Shown piece after piece: positions 38,504-47,684 of a stretch of 64,000 nt of DNA. The stretch's first letter is position 1, and every line of letters begins with the position of its first letter. Source of the stretch: a bacterium (GTDB lineage: Bacteria; Patescibacteriota; Minisyncoccia; UBA6257; JAGOQP01); the NCBI GenBank assembly GCA_021812345.1, contig JAKANP010000001.1, positions 54,979-118,978 on the forward strand. Direction: 5' to 3'. Position numbers and translations under genes: made by a program. The notes below the pieces were generated by a model that was not told the origin of the DNA, made no database searches, and worked only from the letters and a program-made list of their open reading frames with translations.

Positions 38504-39655
38504 ATGAGAAAAGAATTAAGAATTGGTTTTACCGGAGGCGGGACAGGAGGTCATATTTATCCTTTATTGGCAGTCGCCGACTTGGTTGGAGAAAAGCTCA
38601 ATCATTCGCAGATTGAATTTAAATTTTATTATTTCGGTTCTCCCGGACAATATGCTCAAGAATTTTTAAAGAGAAATTTTAAGATAATAAACATTATCTC
38701 TTCAAAAATCAGAAGATACGCTTCTGCGGAAAATATTTTGGATGTTATAAAATTTCCTTTTTCTTTGGCGCAAGCATTTTTTAAGATGCTTTTTATCATG
38801 CCGGACGTGATATTTTCCAAAGGAGGCACCGGCGCGGTGCCGGTTGTTATTGCCGCTTGGTTTTATAGAATTCCGGTTTTTATTCACGAATCGGATTCCA
38901 TACCCGGCCTTTCAAATAAAATATCATTTTCATTTTCGAAAGCGGTTGCTGTTTCTTTTAAAAAAACATTGGATTTTTTCTCGGGAGAAAAGGTCAATCT
39001 GGTCGGAAATCCTGTGAGAAGTTTTTTAATTGAGCCGAGTCCGGATTTGAACGGAGAAAAGGCAAAAAAAATATTCGGTTTTGATTCTCAGTTGCCGTTG
39101 ATATTGGTTTTAGGAGGTTCCCAGGGGTCTCAAAGAATCAATGAGTTTATGTTGGATAATGTAAAAAAATTTGTAGAAAAGTATCAGGTGCTTCATCAGG
39201 TCGGTTCCGAAAATTTCAACGATTTTAAAAGTGAATTGGCGGTGGCGACAGAAAGTTTCATTCCCGAAGAAAGAACAAGATATAAAATAGTTGGATTTCT
39301 AAATAATGAAATAAAAGAAGCGATGATAGCTTGTGATCTTGTTGTTTCAAGAGCTGGGAGCGGGGCAATTTTTGAAATCTCGGCTTTTAAAAAACCGTCT
39401 ATTTTAATTCCTTTGGCCGAATCGGCCGGAAATCATCAATTTTATAACGCTTACGAATATGCCCAGAACGGAGCGGCGATAGTCATTGAAGAAGATAATT
39501 TAAAATCGGATATCTTCTTTTCTCAATTGCGGTTGGTTTTGGAAAATAAAACAAAATACAATCTTATGAGTGAAGCTTCCGGTAAATTTTTTAATCCTCA
39601 ATCAGCGGAAATTATAGCTGACGAATTAATAAAGTTAGCTGAAAAAAATAATTAA
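38504..39655 (+). CDS. murG: lipid II synthase MurG
   Basis: GGGTGGHIYP, IHES, GNPVR, GGSQGS, SRAGSG. Confidence 0.96.
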   Translation: MRKELRIGFTGGGTGGHIYPLLAVADLVGEKLNHSQIEFKFYYFGSPGQYAQEFLKRNFKIINIISSKIRRYASAENILDVIKFPFSLAQAFFKMLFIMPDVIFSKGGTGAVPVVIAAWFYRIPVFIHESDSIPGLSNKISFSFSKAVAVSFKKTLDFFSGEKVNLVGNPVRSFLIEPSPDLNGEKAKKIFGFDSQLPLILVLGGSQGSQRINEFMLDNVKKFVEKYQVLHQVGSENFNDFKSELAVATESFIPEERTRYKIVGFLNNEIKEAMIACDLVVSRAGSGAIFEISAFKKPSILIPLAESAGNHQFYNAYEYAQNGAAIVIEEDNLKSDIFFSQLRLVLENKTKYNLMSEASGKFFNPQSAEIIADELIKLAEKNN

Positions 39656-39676
39656 CTACGAAATACAAATTAACTA

Positions 39677-39732
39677 CCCTTCGACTTCGCTCAGGGCGAG
39701 TTCCTTCCTTCGCTAAAGCTACGGAGGGCGCG
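39677..39732. repeat. two short REP-like palindromic units
   Basis: CCCTTCGACTTCGCTCAGGG (39677-39696) and CCTTCCTTCGCTAAAGCTACGGAGGGCGCG (39703-39732); the latter matches the reverse complement of 22737-22768. Confidence 0.65.
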
Positions 39733-39739
39733 CAAGTTT

Positions 39740-39967
39740 GTCATTCCAGCGGAGGCTGGAATCCAGGAAGCGTGGATCCTGAATCAAGTTCAGGATGACA
39801 AACTCTCTCGTCATTCCAGCGTATGCTGGAATCCAGGAAGCGTGGATCCTGAATCAAGTTCAGGATGACAAACTCTCTCGTCATTCCAGCGGAGGCTGGA
39901 ATCCAGAAAAGATGGATCCTGAAATAAATTCAGGATGACAAACCCTCTCGTCATTCCAGCGAAAGCT
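39740..39967. repeat. tandem array of 70-bp palindromic units (3 full plus 1 partial)
   Basis: GTCATTCCAGC at 39740, 39810, 39880, 39950. Confidence 0.92.
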
Positions 39968-40097
39968 ACTCGTTCGAATCAGAGCGGAGGATGGATTCCA
40001 AGCCCATCCTTAATGCCATCTTGATTTGCGTAATAAATTCCAATGTGCGCTGTTATGCTATAGCATAACAGTCGTGTTTTTATTAGAATCAAAAGTT

Positions 40098-40165
40098 GTT
40101 AAGTATCTCACGCCGCGCCCCGTAGCAAATTCACTTTGCTATTTGGGGATCGTGAGATACTTAAC
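40098..40165. repeat. 15-bp perfect inverted repeat enclosing a second hairpin
   Basis: GTTAAGTATCTCACG / CGTGAGATACTTAAC around CCCCGTAGCAAA-TTCAC-TTTGCTATTTGGGG. Confidence 0.75.
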
Positions 40166-40224
40166 GGAAGTGTTTTTTGGGGATTGTTATTTGTAATTTG
40201 TTATTTGGGATTTATACTTTAAGC

Positions 40225-40322
40225 GTGAGGGTCGCCAAGACGGGAAGGCGCAAGACCTCGCAAGGCCTTCATCGCCGGTTCAAATCCCTACCTGCCGACA
40301 GGCAGGCGGGCCCCTCACTCCA
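40225..40322 (+). ncRNA. aberrant tRNA-like gene (Cys-like) with 21-nt hairpin insertion in the T-stem
   Basis: GTGAGGG/CCCTCAC + T + CCA, GCC..GGC D-stem, GCCGG-TTCAAAT T-arm, irregular anticodon arm containing GCA. Confidence 0.65.
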
Positions 40323-40339
40323 ACAGCACTTTTAGCTTA

Positions 40340-40366
40340 AGGCTCGGCATAAAGAGCCTATTTTTT
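40340..40366 (+). terminator. intrinsic terminator after the tRNA-like gene
   Basis: AGGCTC...GAGCCT plus T run. Confidence 0.55.
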
Positions 40367-40415
40367 ATAGAAAAACATCCTTTTAAAACAACTTTTTTTG
40401 TGTTAGAGTTGTTTT

Positions 40416-41861
40416 ATGACAGAATCAGTTCCAATAAGGGTAAGAATCGCTCCATCACCGACGGGATATCTTCACTTAGGCACCATTAGGGCCGCTTTGT
40501 TTAACTATCTTTTTGCCAAAAAAGAAAACGGAAAGTTTATTATAAGAATTGAAGATACGGACACTGAACGTTCCCTGCCTATTTATGAAAGAGATATTCT
40601 TGACGGTTTAAAAAATCTTGAAATAAATTGGGACGAAGGTCCGGACGTGGGAGGAGATTACGGACCGTACAGGCAAAGCGAAAGGATGGAAATTTATAAA
40701 AAATATATAAAAGAATTACTTGATTCAAAAAAAGCATATAAATGTTTTTGCTCCAAAGAAGAATTAGAAGAAGAAAGAAAAGCAATGTTATCGGCCGGAA
40801 TCTTTCCAAAATATAGTGGAAAATGCAGAAATCTGACCGAAGAAGATGTAAAAAGTAAGGAGAAAGACGGGAAAGAAAGCGTAATCAGATTAAATGTTCC
40901 GTCAAATATTGAAATAGAATTTAGTGACATTATCCGTGGAAAAATTTCCGTAAACAGTGATACTATCGGCGATATTGTTATTGCCAGAAACGAACGTTCG
41001 CCATTGTATAATTTGGCGGTTGTTATTGACGATCATTTAATGAAAATTTCTCACGTTATAAGAGGTGAGGATCATATTTCAAACACGCCAAAACAAATTT
41101 TGATTCAAAAAGCGCTCGGAATTGAAATGCCGAAATACGCTCATTTGCCTTTGGTTTTGTCTCCGGACAGAAGCAAGATGTCTAAAAGAAAAATGGAGAC
41201 CTCTTTTGATGAGTATATAAAAGACGGATATCTTCCGGAAGCAATAGTTAATTTTTTGGCATTGCTCGGATGGCACCCTGAAGACGAAAAAGAAATAATG
41301 CCGCTTGAAGAATTAATTTCCAAATTCAGTTTAAAACGAGTTCAAAAAGCCGGAGGAGTTTTTAATATGGAGAAATTGGACTGGTTTAATTCTCAATACA
41401 TAAAAATATTGCCCATAGAAAAACTTGCCCAGAGAATGTCGGCGATTGTTCCATCGAGTTGGACCCTAAATTCCGACAAATTCAAAAAAGCTCTTGAAAT
41501 AGAAAGAGAAAGAATGAAAAAACTCTCCGATTTTAACAGTTCGGCAAAATTATTTTTTGAAAATATAAATTATGATAAAGATTTGTTGGTATGGAAAAAT
41601 CTTCCGCTTGATTCCGCCAAGGACAATCTTTTGAAAGCTAAAAATTTTTTGGAGAAAATGAAAGATTCTGATTTTGATAAAAAAACTCTGGAAGAAAAGT
41701 TTATGCCGCTGGCTTCTTCGTTGGGAAGAGGGGAGTTGTTGTGGCCGTTAAGAGTATCTCTTTCGGGGCAGAAAAATTCTCCCGGACCGTTTGAAATAAT
41801 GGAAGTTTTGGGAAAAAGAGAATCTCTTGAAAGAATTCAGAAAGCAATTGACCTTGCGTAA
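40416..41861 (+). CDS. gltX: glutamate--tRNA ligase
   Basis: RIAPSPTGYLHLG, RIEDTD, IRGEDH, KMSKR. Confidence 0.97.
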   Translation: MTESVPIRVRIAPSPTGYLHLGTIRAALFNYLFAKKENGKFIIRIEDTDTERSLPIYERDILDGLKNLEINWDEGPDVGGDYGPYRQSERMEIYKKYIKELLDSKKAYKCFCSKEELEEERKAMLSAGIFPKYSGKCRNLTEEDVKSKEKDGKESVIRLNVPSNIEIEFSDIIRGKISVNSDTIGDIVIARNERSPLYNLAVVIDDHLMKISHVIRGEDHISNTPKQILIQKALGIEMPKYAHLPLVLSPDRSKMSKRKMETSFDEYIKDGYLPEAIVNFLALLGWHPEDEKEIMPLEELISKFSLKRVQKAGGVFNMEKLDWFNSQYIKILPIEKLAQRMSAIVPSSWTLNSDKFKKALEIERERMKKLSDFNSSAKLFFENINYDKDLLVWKNLPLDSAKDNLLKAKNFLEKMKDSDFDKKTLEEKFMPLASSLGRGELLWPLRVSLSGQKNSPGPFEIMEVLGKRESLERIQKAIDLA

Positions 41862-41872
41862 ATTAAATTATT

Positions 41873-43174
41873 ATGACTGATAAAAAGCCGATTTTTTATA
41901 TATTGACTTGCTCACTGTTTAGTTTTGTAATAATAACTTTTAGCGTTATTTTTGGTCATTTTTGGGGTGGGGTAGTAATGGCGCAAACAATCGATAAAAG
42001 CGCCTTACAGAGCCAAATTGATGCCAAAAATGGCCAATTGCAACAGATCCAACAGCAATTAAAGGATCAGCAACAGCAATTAATTAACACTCAAAATCAA
42101 AAGCAGACATTATCTTCGGAAGTTAAAAGGATTAATTCCAATATTAATCAAATAAACTTAAATATACAATCAAGCCAAATTCAAATAGAAAAACTCAATC
42201 TTCAGATGCAGGAACTTCAGGGACAAATATCGGACGCTAAAAACGATATTTCCATAAAAAGTCAGGCGGTTGAAGAATTGATGAGGCAGATACAACAATC
42301 GGACAGCGAGAATGTAATCGTCGGTTTCTTAAAAAATAAAACTCTATCCGACGGAGTAATGGAGGCCCAATCTTTGCAGGATTTGAACAATAATCTTATT
42401 GTAAGCATCCAACAATTAAACAATGCCAAACAGAATTTAAATAATATTTTAATAACCACGAATAATACCAAAAATCAAAAAGAGGTTGAAAATTCAAATT
42501 ATCAGAATCAAAAACAAATCGCCAGTGATCTAAAAAACCAAAAACAACAATTTTTAGACCAAACAAAAAATCAGGAAAAAGTTTATCAAAGTTCAATATC
42601 AAAACTTCAACAGCAACAAGTTCAAATTGCTTTAGAAATAGAAACAATAGAAAGCCAATTAAGGTCGGAGATAAATTATAAAAATCTTCCCAAGAGCATT
42701 CCCGGTCTCTTGGAAGTTCCGATTCAAAAAGGAGTTTTTGTAATGACTCAGGGATACGGTTCTACCGGCTTTGCTCAAAAAGCTTATAAAGGAAAATGGC
42801 ATAACGGCATTGATCTTGCGGCACCTATCGGGACTCCGATTATGGCAGCCGCCGACGGAGTTGTAATCAGTGTTGATAATCAGGATAGGTATTGTTATCA
42901 CGGAGCTTATGGAAAATATGTTGCCATAAAACATTACAACGGACTTACAACAATTTATGGTCACATGTCTCTTTATGTTGTTAAAGAAGGAGATAAAGTT
43001 AATCGCGGTCAAGTGATAGGATATGTCGGTCAAACCGGGTATGCCACCGGACCTCATGTTCATTTTGGAGTTTATGATTCGGCGACTTTCAAAATAGCTC
43101 CAAGCGTCTCTTGCGGTCCTAAAATGCCATTAGGAGGAGACTTGAATCCGCTTAATTATGTTTCAATTAATTAA
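41873..43174 (+). CDS. coiled-coil M23 peptidase (EnvC-like architecture, intact Zn motifs)
   Basis: Signal/TM, Gln-rich coiled coil, HNGID and TGPHVH. Confidence 0.88.
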   Translation: MTDKKPIFYILTCSLFSFVIITFSVIFGHFWGGVVMAQTIDKSALQSQIDAKNGQLQQIQQQLKDQQQQLINTQNQKQTLSSEVKRINSNINQINLNIQSSQIQIEKLNLQMQELQGQISDAKNDISIKSQAVEELMRQIQQSDSENVIVGFLKNKTLSDGVMEAQSLQDLNNNLIVSIQQLNNAKQNLNNILITTNNTKNQKEVENSNYQNQKQIASDLKNQKQQFLDQTKNQEKVYQSSISKLQQQQVQIALEIETIESQLRSEINYKNLPKSIPGLLEVPIQKGVFVMTQGYGSTGFAQKAYKGKWHNGIDLAAPIGTPIMAAADGVVISVDNQDRYCYHGAYGKYVAIKHYNGLTTIYGHMSLYVVKEGDKVNRGQVIGYVGQTGYATGPHVHFGVYDSATFKIAPSVSCGPKMPLGGDLNPLNYVSIN

Positions 43175-43196
43175 AAAATGGTCTATAATTTAATTA

Positions 43197-43475
43197 ATGA
43201 ATAACAATATTGATATTAATAAATTAATTTCATCAATCCTGGCTCCGGTTATCGATTTTTTAAAACGAAATAATATTTGGGATACTTTGGTTAATATATA
43301 TCAATTGGTTTATGGTTTGGTTATCAATCTATGGTCATGGCTGGGGAACAATATTGGAACTCAAAGAATTTTGGATTTTTTAATAACTTTTACAAAATTT
43401 ATTTTGAATATATTTCTTACCTTATTTAGCGTGTTGTCTCAAATAGTAAATTGGGCATTGCACCTGCTTAAATGA
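43197..43475 (+). CDS. small amphipathic/membrane hypothetical protein
   Basis: 92-aa ATG ORF with TATAAT 7 nt upstream. Confidence 0.6.
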   Translation: MNNNIDINKLISSILAPVIDFLKRNNIWDTLVNIYQLVYGLVINLWSWLGNNIGTQRILDFLITFTKFILNIFLTLFSVLSQIVNWALHLLK

Positions 43476-43626
43476 TTATATTTAAATATTTCAGATATAT
43501 AGTGTCGCAAAATCTACCTTGTGCGACACATAATATAATAAAGATTTAGGCAAATAATCGCTATTCCCTAAATAAACAGGTCAAATAAAAATTCCGATTA
43601 AAAAATCGGATTTTTTGTTTACTTAA

Positions 43627-43779
43627 TTAAATTTTGATAAAAAATTTTCTTGATATTGAAATAACAATATCGGAGATAATAACCAAAAAAATCAAAATAA
43701 TGGCAGTGAAAAAGTTTTTTGGCTGGTCCGGCTCTTTGTTTTCGTGTTTGCTCGCTTCCCCGAATTCCGTTCGTGTCAT
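43627..43779 (-). CDS. 50-aa single-TM small protein
   Basis: AAAGGA SD; MTRTEFGEASKHENKEPDQPKNFFTAIILIFLVIISDIVISISRKFFIKI*; hairpin at about 43590-43616 downstream. Confidence 0.4.
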   Translation of the reverse strand: MTRTEFGEASKHENKEPDQPKNFFTAIILIFLVIISDIVISISRKFFIKI

Positions 43780-43880
43780 TTTTTATCCTTTCTTGAAAAA
43801 TGAACTTTAAATAATATAAAACGAATTTTATTTTTTGTCTAGTTAGATATTTTTTTATATTCTGATACAATTTTTATCAA

Positions 43881-44666
43881 ATGAATAATTATCACAATGT
43901 TGAAGAATTTAAAACTCTTGCCGGATATGACATAGACGGCACGTGGTATCCTCGGGTGACTAAAATAGTTGAAATAAAAGCCAAGCCCGCTTTATATAAA
44001 TTTTATGCCGAGCTATCCAGTTTTGAAGAAGGAGAATCCGTTAAAAAAATATCTGCCACCGAAGGAACACTCATTCATGAAACGATAGAAGGAATTTTTA
44101 TGAATAAAAATCCGGAAATAGACTCTACAATCAAGCCGGCAGTAGAAGCTTTCCAAAAATTTATTGCAACAAAAAATATTCAGGTTGATTCCGAGTTTGT
44201 TGAAAAAAGAGTTGCCAATCACGAAGAAAAATATGCAGGAACGATAGACTCGATGGCGCTTATTGACGGGAAGTTTGGAGTATTGGATATAAAAACTTCC
44301 CAGTCTATTTACCGTGATTATAATCTGCAAACTTCGGCTTACATGGCGGCGCTTGAAAAAGATTTTCCGACATTACAAACGAGGTGGATATTGAGAATAG
44401 ATCAAAATAAAATATGTAAAAAATGCGGAGCCACTTTACGTCCCAAAGGCGGAAGAGAGAAAATTCGTTTGCCATGGGACCCAAAAGACAAAAGCATAAG
44501 AGCTAGAGCTTCCGTTTGTGAACATGAATGGTCGGATTTAAGAGGAGAAATTGAACTTAAAGAATTCCCCTACTGGAAGGATGATTACAAAGCGTTCTTG
44601 GGCGCTAAAAAATTGTGGGAATGGGAAAATGAATTTTGGCTCAAGCAGGCCGGATATTTGCAATAA
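43881..44666 (+). CDS. PD-(D/E)xK nuclease (RecB/Cas4/phage exonuclease-like)
   Basis: GTLIH, YAGTID, LDIKT, QTSAY; CKKC...CEH insert. Confidence 0.8.
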   Translation: MNNYHNVEEFKTLAGYDIDGTWYPRVTKIVEIKAKPALYKFYAELSSFEEGESVKKISATEGTLIHETIEGIFMNKNPEIDSTIKPAVEAFQKFIATKNIQVDSEFVEKRVANHEEKYAGTIDSMALIDGKFGVLDIKTSQSIYRDYNLQTSAYMAALEKDFPTLQTRWILRIDQNKICKKCGATLRPKGGREKIRLPWDPKDKSIRARASVCEHEWSDLRGEIELKEFPYWKDDYKAFLGAKKLWEWENEFWLKQAGYLQ

Positions 44667-44672
44667 TTGATT

Positions 44673-44825
44673 TTAATATTTTTGGATAATTATCGGAATT
44701 TTGGAAAAATCTCTTCCTGATATAAATCCCAACGCATAAGCCAGTAAAATTATCAGCAGTCCCATAATTGAAAGCAAAATATTTTTTTTATTGTTTCTAA
44801 TCCAGATTTTTAATCTTACAAACAT
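44673..44825 (-). CDS. 50-aa single-TM small protein
   Basis: MFVRLKIWIRNNKKNILLSIMGLLIILLAYALGFISGRDFSKIPIIIQKY*; starts 3 nt after the exonuclease stop and fills the gap. Confidence 0.6.
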   Translation of the reverse strand: MFVRLKIWIRNNKKNILLSIMGLLIILLAYALGFISGRDFSKIPIIIQKY

Positions 44826-44828
44826 ATA

Positions 44829-45524
44829 TTATAAATTAAGATATTTATCCCATCTGCGATAAATTTCGGCGGTGGCTTTTAAATCTCTCAGATTGTATTC
44901 CGCTACATCCAAAATTTTATTTTCTTTATAAAGAGCGGTAACATTATCCCCTGTTACCCCCTGTTCTTTGGGGCTTTCTACTCCGAATGCTTTACTCCAC
45001 ATATGCAAAGGAAAATGATTTCTTGTCGCTCCATAAAAAGTAAGCTGATCGGCTAAGTCTATGTGTTTGGCGCCAAATTGTTGAGAGTTCAGGTATCTAT
45101 TTGAAAGAAGATTTTTTGACGGTCTGATTCCAAATATTGCCGAACGAACTTCCAAAAAAGGGACATCAAACCCTCTTCCATAAAAAGAAATAAAAACGCC
45201 GTATTGTTTTATTATTTCCCAAAATTTTTCTAAAATTTCTTTTTCACTCCCCTGCTCTAAAATTATTCCATCTCCGATTTCTTCGGGTAGTTTTATATTA
45301 TTATCGTTTCTTAGCAATATTCTTCCCTGATTGGTTTCGGGGTTTAACATTCCAATTACCACAATTTCTCCGGTTAATGGATAAAAACTTGTTCCGTTTT
45401 TTGCTTGAATTTCATCTTCTTCGCTTTCGGCATATTTTAGAAGATGTTCTTGGGACATCTTATCCAAAGATTCAAAATCATTGCCTATGGTTTCCACATC
45501 AAAAACTAATTTTGCATTTGACAT
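44829..45524 (-). CDS. DEDD 3'-5' exonuclease (RNase H-like, PolB exo/YprB-like)
   Basis: VFDVET, GRGFDVPF, HIDL, YNLRD. Confidence 0.85.
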   Translation of the reverse strand: MSNAKLVFDVETIGNDFESLDKMSQEHLLKYAESEEDEIQAKNGTSFYPLTGEIVVIGMLNPETNQGRILLRNDNNIKLPEEIGDGIILEQGSEKEILEKFWEIIKQYGVFISFYGRGFDVPFLEVRSAIFGIRPSKNLLSNRYLNSQQFGAKHIDLADQLTFYGATRNHFPLHMWSKAFGVESPKEQGVTGDNVTALYKENKILDVAEYNLRDLKATAEIYRRWDKYLNL

Positions 45525-45589
45525 ATTGGTTTATTATATACTATAATGGAAAAAATCAAAACATTATTTTTGATTTTATTTTTTAATTT

Positions 45590-45862
45590 ATGGCGCATAC
45601 TAAACAGCTCGGTTCAACTAAGTTGGGCCGAGAATCAGAATCGAAAAGATTAGGAGTTAAACGTCAGCAAGGACAAAAAGTCAATGCCGGCGAAATTTTA
45701 ATCAGACAAAGAGGAACAAGATATCTTCCCGGTTTTAACATAAAAAAAGGCAAAGATGATACTCTTTATGCCGGCAAATCCGGCGTTGTCCAGTTTAAAA
45801 AAGTTAAGAAAACTAACTTCAACGGCAGACCGAGATATGCCACTCAAATCAGTGTAAAATAA
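45590..45862 (+). CDS. rpmA: 50S ribosomal protein L27
   Basis: [25 protein letters not shown]. Confidence 0.97.
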   Translation: MAHTKQLGSTKLGRESESKRLGVKRQQGQKVNAGEILIRQRGTRYLPGFNIKKGKDDTLYAGKSGVVQFKKVKKTNFNGRPRYATQISVK

Positions 45863-45863
45863 A

Positions 45864-45895
45864 AAACAGCCTGAAAATAATCGGCTGTTTTTTTG
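45864..45895. terminator. bidirectional terminator between rpmA and rplI
   Basis: AAAAACAGCC...GGCTGTTTTT. Confidence 0.65.
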
Positions 45896-45899
45896 TTTT

Positions 45900-46373
45900 T
45901 TATTTTTTAGGCAATACCTCTATTTCTATTTGAATATTTTTACCGATTTCCCCTCTGCCGATTTTGATGAATATCTTTTTATTTCCTAATTCTTTAATGG
46001 GTTTGATGTCCAATCCGATATCGTTTTCGTCTATATTTTTTAAGCCATTGCTTTTTGCAAAATCTAATATTTTTTCTTTTATATGAGAATCATGAATAGA
46101 TGAAAAAATCTGGTTATTTTCTCCGGTTTTAATTTCAAATTGAAATTTTTGTCCGGATATTTTTTTGGCAATATCCGATATTTCTTTCTTCTTTTCTTCA
46201 AAAATTCTTATTTCTTTTTCCTTTTTTTGTTTATTTTCAATAATTATTTGAGAGCTGGCTATTTTCGCCAGATTTTTTCTTAGAAGAAAATTTTTCGCGT
46301 ATCCTTCGGAAACTTCCACAATTTCTCCCTTGTGTCCGATTTTTGGGACTTCGCTTAAAAGTAACACTTTCAT
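45900..46373 (-). CDS. rplI: 50S ribosomal protein L9
   Basis: MKVLLL..GHKGEIVEVSEGYAKNFL, PIKELG. Confidence 0.93.
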   Translation of the reverse strand: MKVLLLSEVPKIGHKGEIVEVSEGYAKNFLLRKNLAKIASSQIIIENKQKKEKEIRIFEEKKKEISDIAKKISGQKFQFEIKTGENNQIFSSIHDSHIKEKILDFAKSNGLKNIDENDIGLDIKPIKELGNKKIFIKIGRGEIGKNIQIEIEVLPKK

Positions 46374-47660
46374 TTATTGAATTTTTTTATCAATTATTTT
46401 TACCGATTGTTGAAAAACATAATCCGAATTTAAATCATTGCTATAACTGCTTTTGAGTTCGTTTGCTGTAGATGTCGATTCATTTGAGGCAATCGCAATG
46501 TCCGGAGTGATTCCGTTTTTATCTATTTGATTGCCTTTGGGAGTAAGCCAATGAGCAATTGTTAATTTCATCATTGAACCGTCGGAAAATGGGATTAATT
46601 CCTGGACTGTTCCTTTACCAAAGCTTTTTTCTCCGACAGTTATTGCCCCATTATCTTCTTTAAGCGCTCCGGCAAGAATTTCCGAAGCCGATGCCGATCC
46701 TTTATTTATTATCACGAGAGTTGGAGTTTTATCAAAAATTGAAGGTCCTGATGAATTAAAAACATTGTTGTTCTTTATATCTCTAAACTCCTCGGTGACA
46801 ATAGTTTTTCCTTTATCCACAAACCAACCTCCGATGCTTACTGCGGCATCCAAATATCCTCCGGGGTTGTCTCTTAAATCGATAATAATGCCTTTGGCAT
46901 GATTAGCGGAAGCTTGCATTGCCGCTTGATAAAATAAATAAGGAGATTGTTCATAAAAATTATAAATTCTTATGTAAGCAATTGTTCCATTTGGATCTTT
47001 TTTCCCGTTACTGTTTATCATTTTAAAATCAATTGTCGGAACATTTATGATTTGTCTGGTTATTGTTATATCCTTCGTGTTGTTCCATCCGTTTCTTAAA
47101 ATTGTTAAAGTCACTTGAGTCCCCTCTTTGCCTCTTATCTTTTTAACAGCTTCATCAACCGACAATCCCGATGTGACTTGATTGTCTATTTTCAAAATCA
47201 AATCTCCCGATTTTATTCCGGCATTGTAAGCCGGAGTTCCATTTATTGGCGCGATGACAACTACTTGTCCTTGTTTATTGGCTCCGATTTCCGCTCCTAT
47301 TCCTCCAAACTGGCCTGTCATATCTTGATTAAATTGACTCGCGTCTTGTGGAGGAAAGAAAACGGAATAAGGATCTCCAAGCGAAGAAACCAGTCCGGAC
47401 GCTGCTCCATAAATTAATTTTTGATTGTCTTCGGTTGAACTTTGATAAACGTATTTTGATTTTATCGTATTCCAAACATCCCAAAAAGTTCCGAAATTTC
47501 CTGTGCCGGGCTGATTTATATTACCCACTCCTTCAACTGTTATATTTCTTGTTTGTTCGTTTCCTTTAATAAAACCCAAATAATAAAAACCGCCCATGAT
47601 GGCAACGGAAATTATTGATATTGCGGTAAAAATCCCCGCCTCTTTTATGTGTTTTTTCAT
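46374..47660 (-). CDS. ctpA: carboxyl-terminal processing protease (S41, PDZ)
   Basis: LGDPYS, GGIGA PDZ, DLRDNPGG, SASASEI, SFGKG. Confidence 0.92.
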   Translation of the reverse strand: MKKHIKEAGIFTAISIISVAIMGGFYYLGFIKGNEQTRNITVEGVGNINQPGTGNFGTFWDVWNTIKSKYVYQSSTEDNQKLIYGAASGLVSSLGDPYSVFFPPQDASQFNQDMTGQFGGIGAEIGANKQGQVVVIAPINGTPAYNAGIKSGDLILKIDNQVTSGLSVDEAVKKIRGKEGTQVTLTILRNGWNNTKDITITRQIINVPTIDFKMINSNGKKDPNGTIAYIRIYNFYEQSPYLFYQAAMQASANHAKGIIIDLRDNPGGYLDAAVSIGGWFVDKGKTIVTEEFRDIKNNNVFNSSGPSIFDKTPTLVIINKGSASASEILAGALKEDNGAITVGEKSFGKGTVQELIPFSDGSMMKLTIAHWLTPKGNQIDKNGITPDIAIASNESTSTANELKSSYSNDLNSDYVFQQSVKIIDKKIQ

Positions 47661-47684
47661 ATATTTATATTATAAGTTATTATA

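Noticed and set aside
39740-39967. CRISPR array
   Set aside because: Units are nearly identical over the whole 70 bp with no unique spacers, and there are no cas1/cas2 genes in the window
40225-40322. tmRNA or tRNA-Sec
   Set aside because: No G3.U70 pair or tag reading frame, no TCA anticodon and no long variable arm
43619-43870. 83-aa minus-strand ORF from the track
   Set aside because: Overlaps the divergent promoter region; another frame (43627-43779) has an SD and a clear TM
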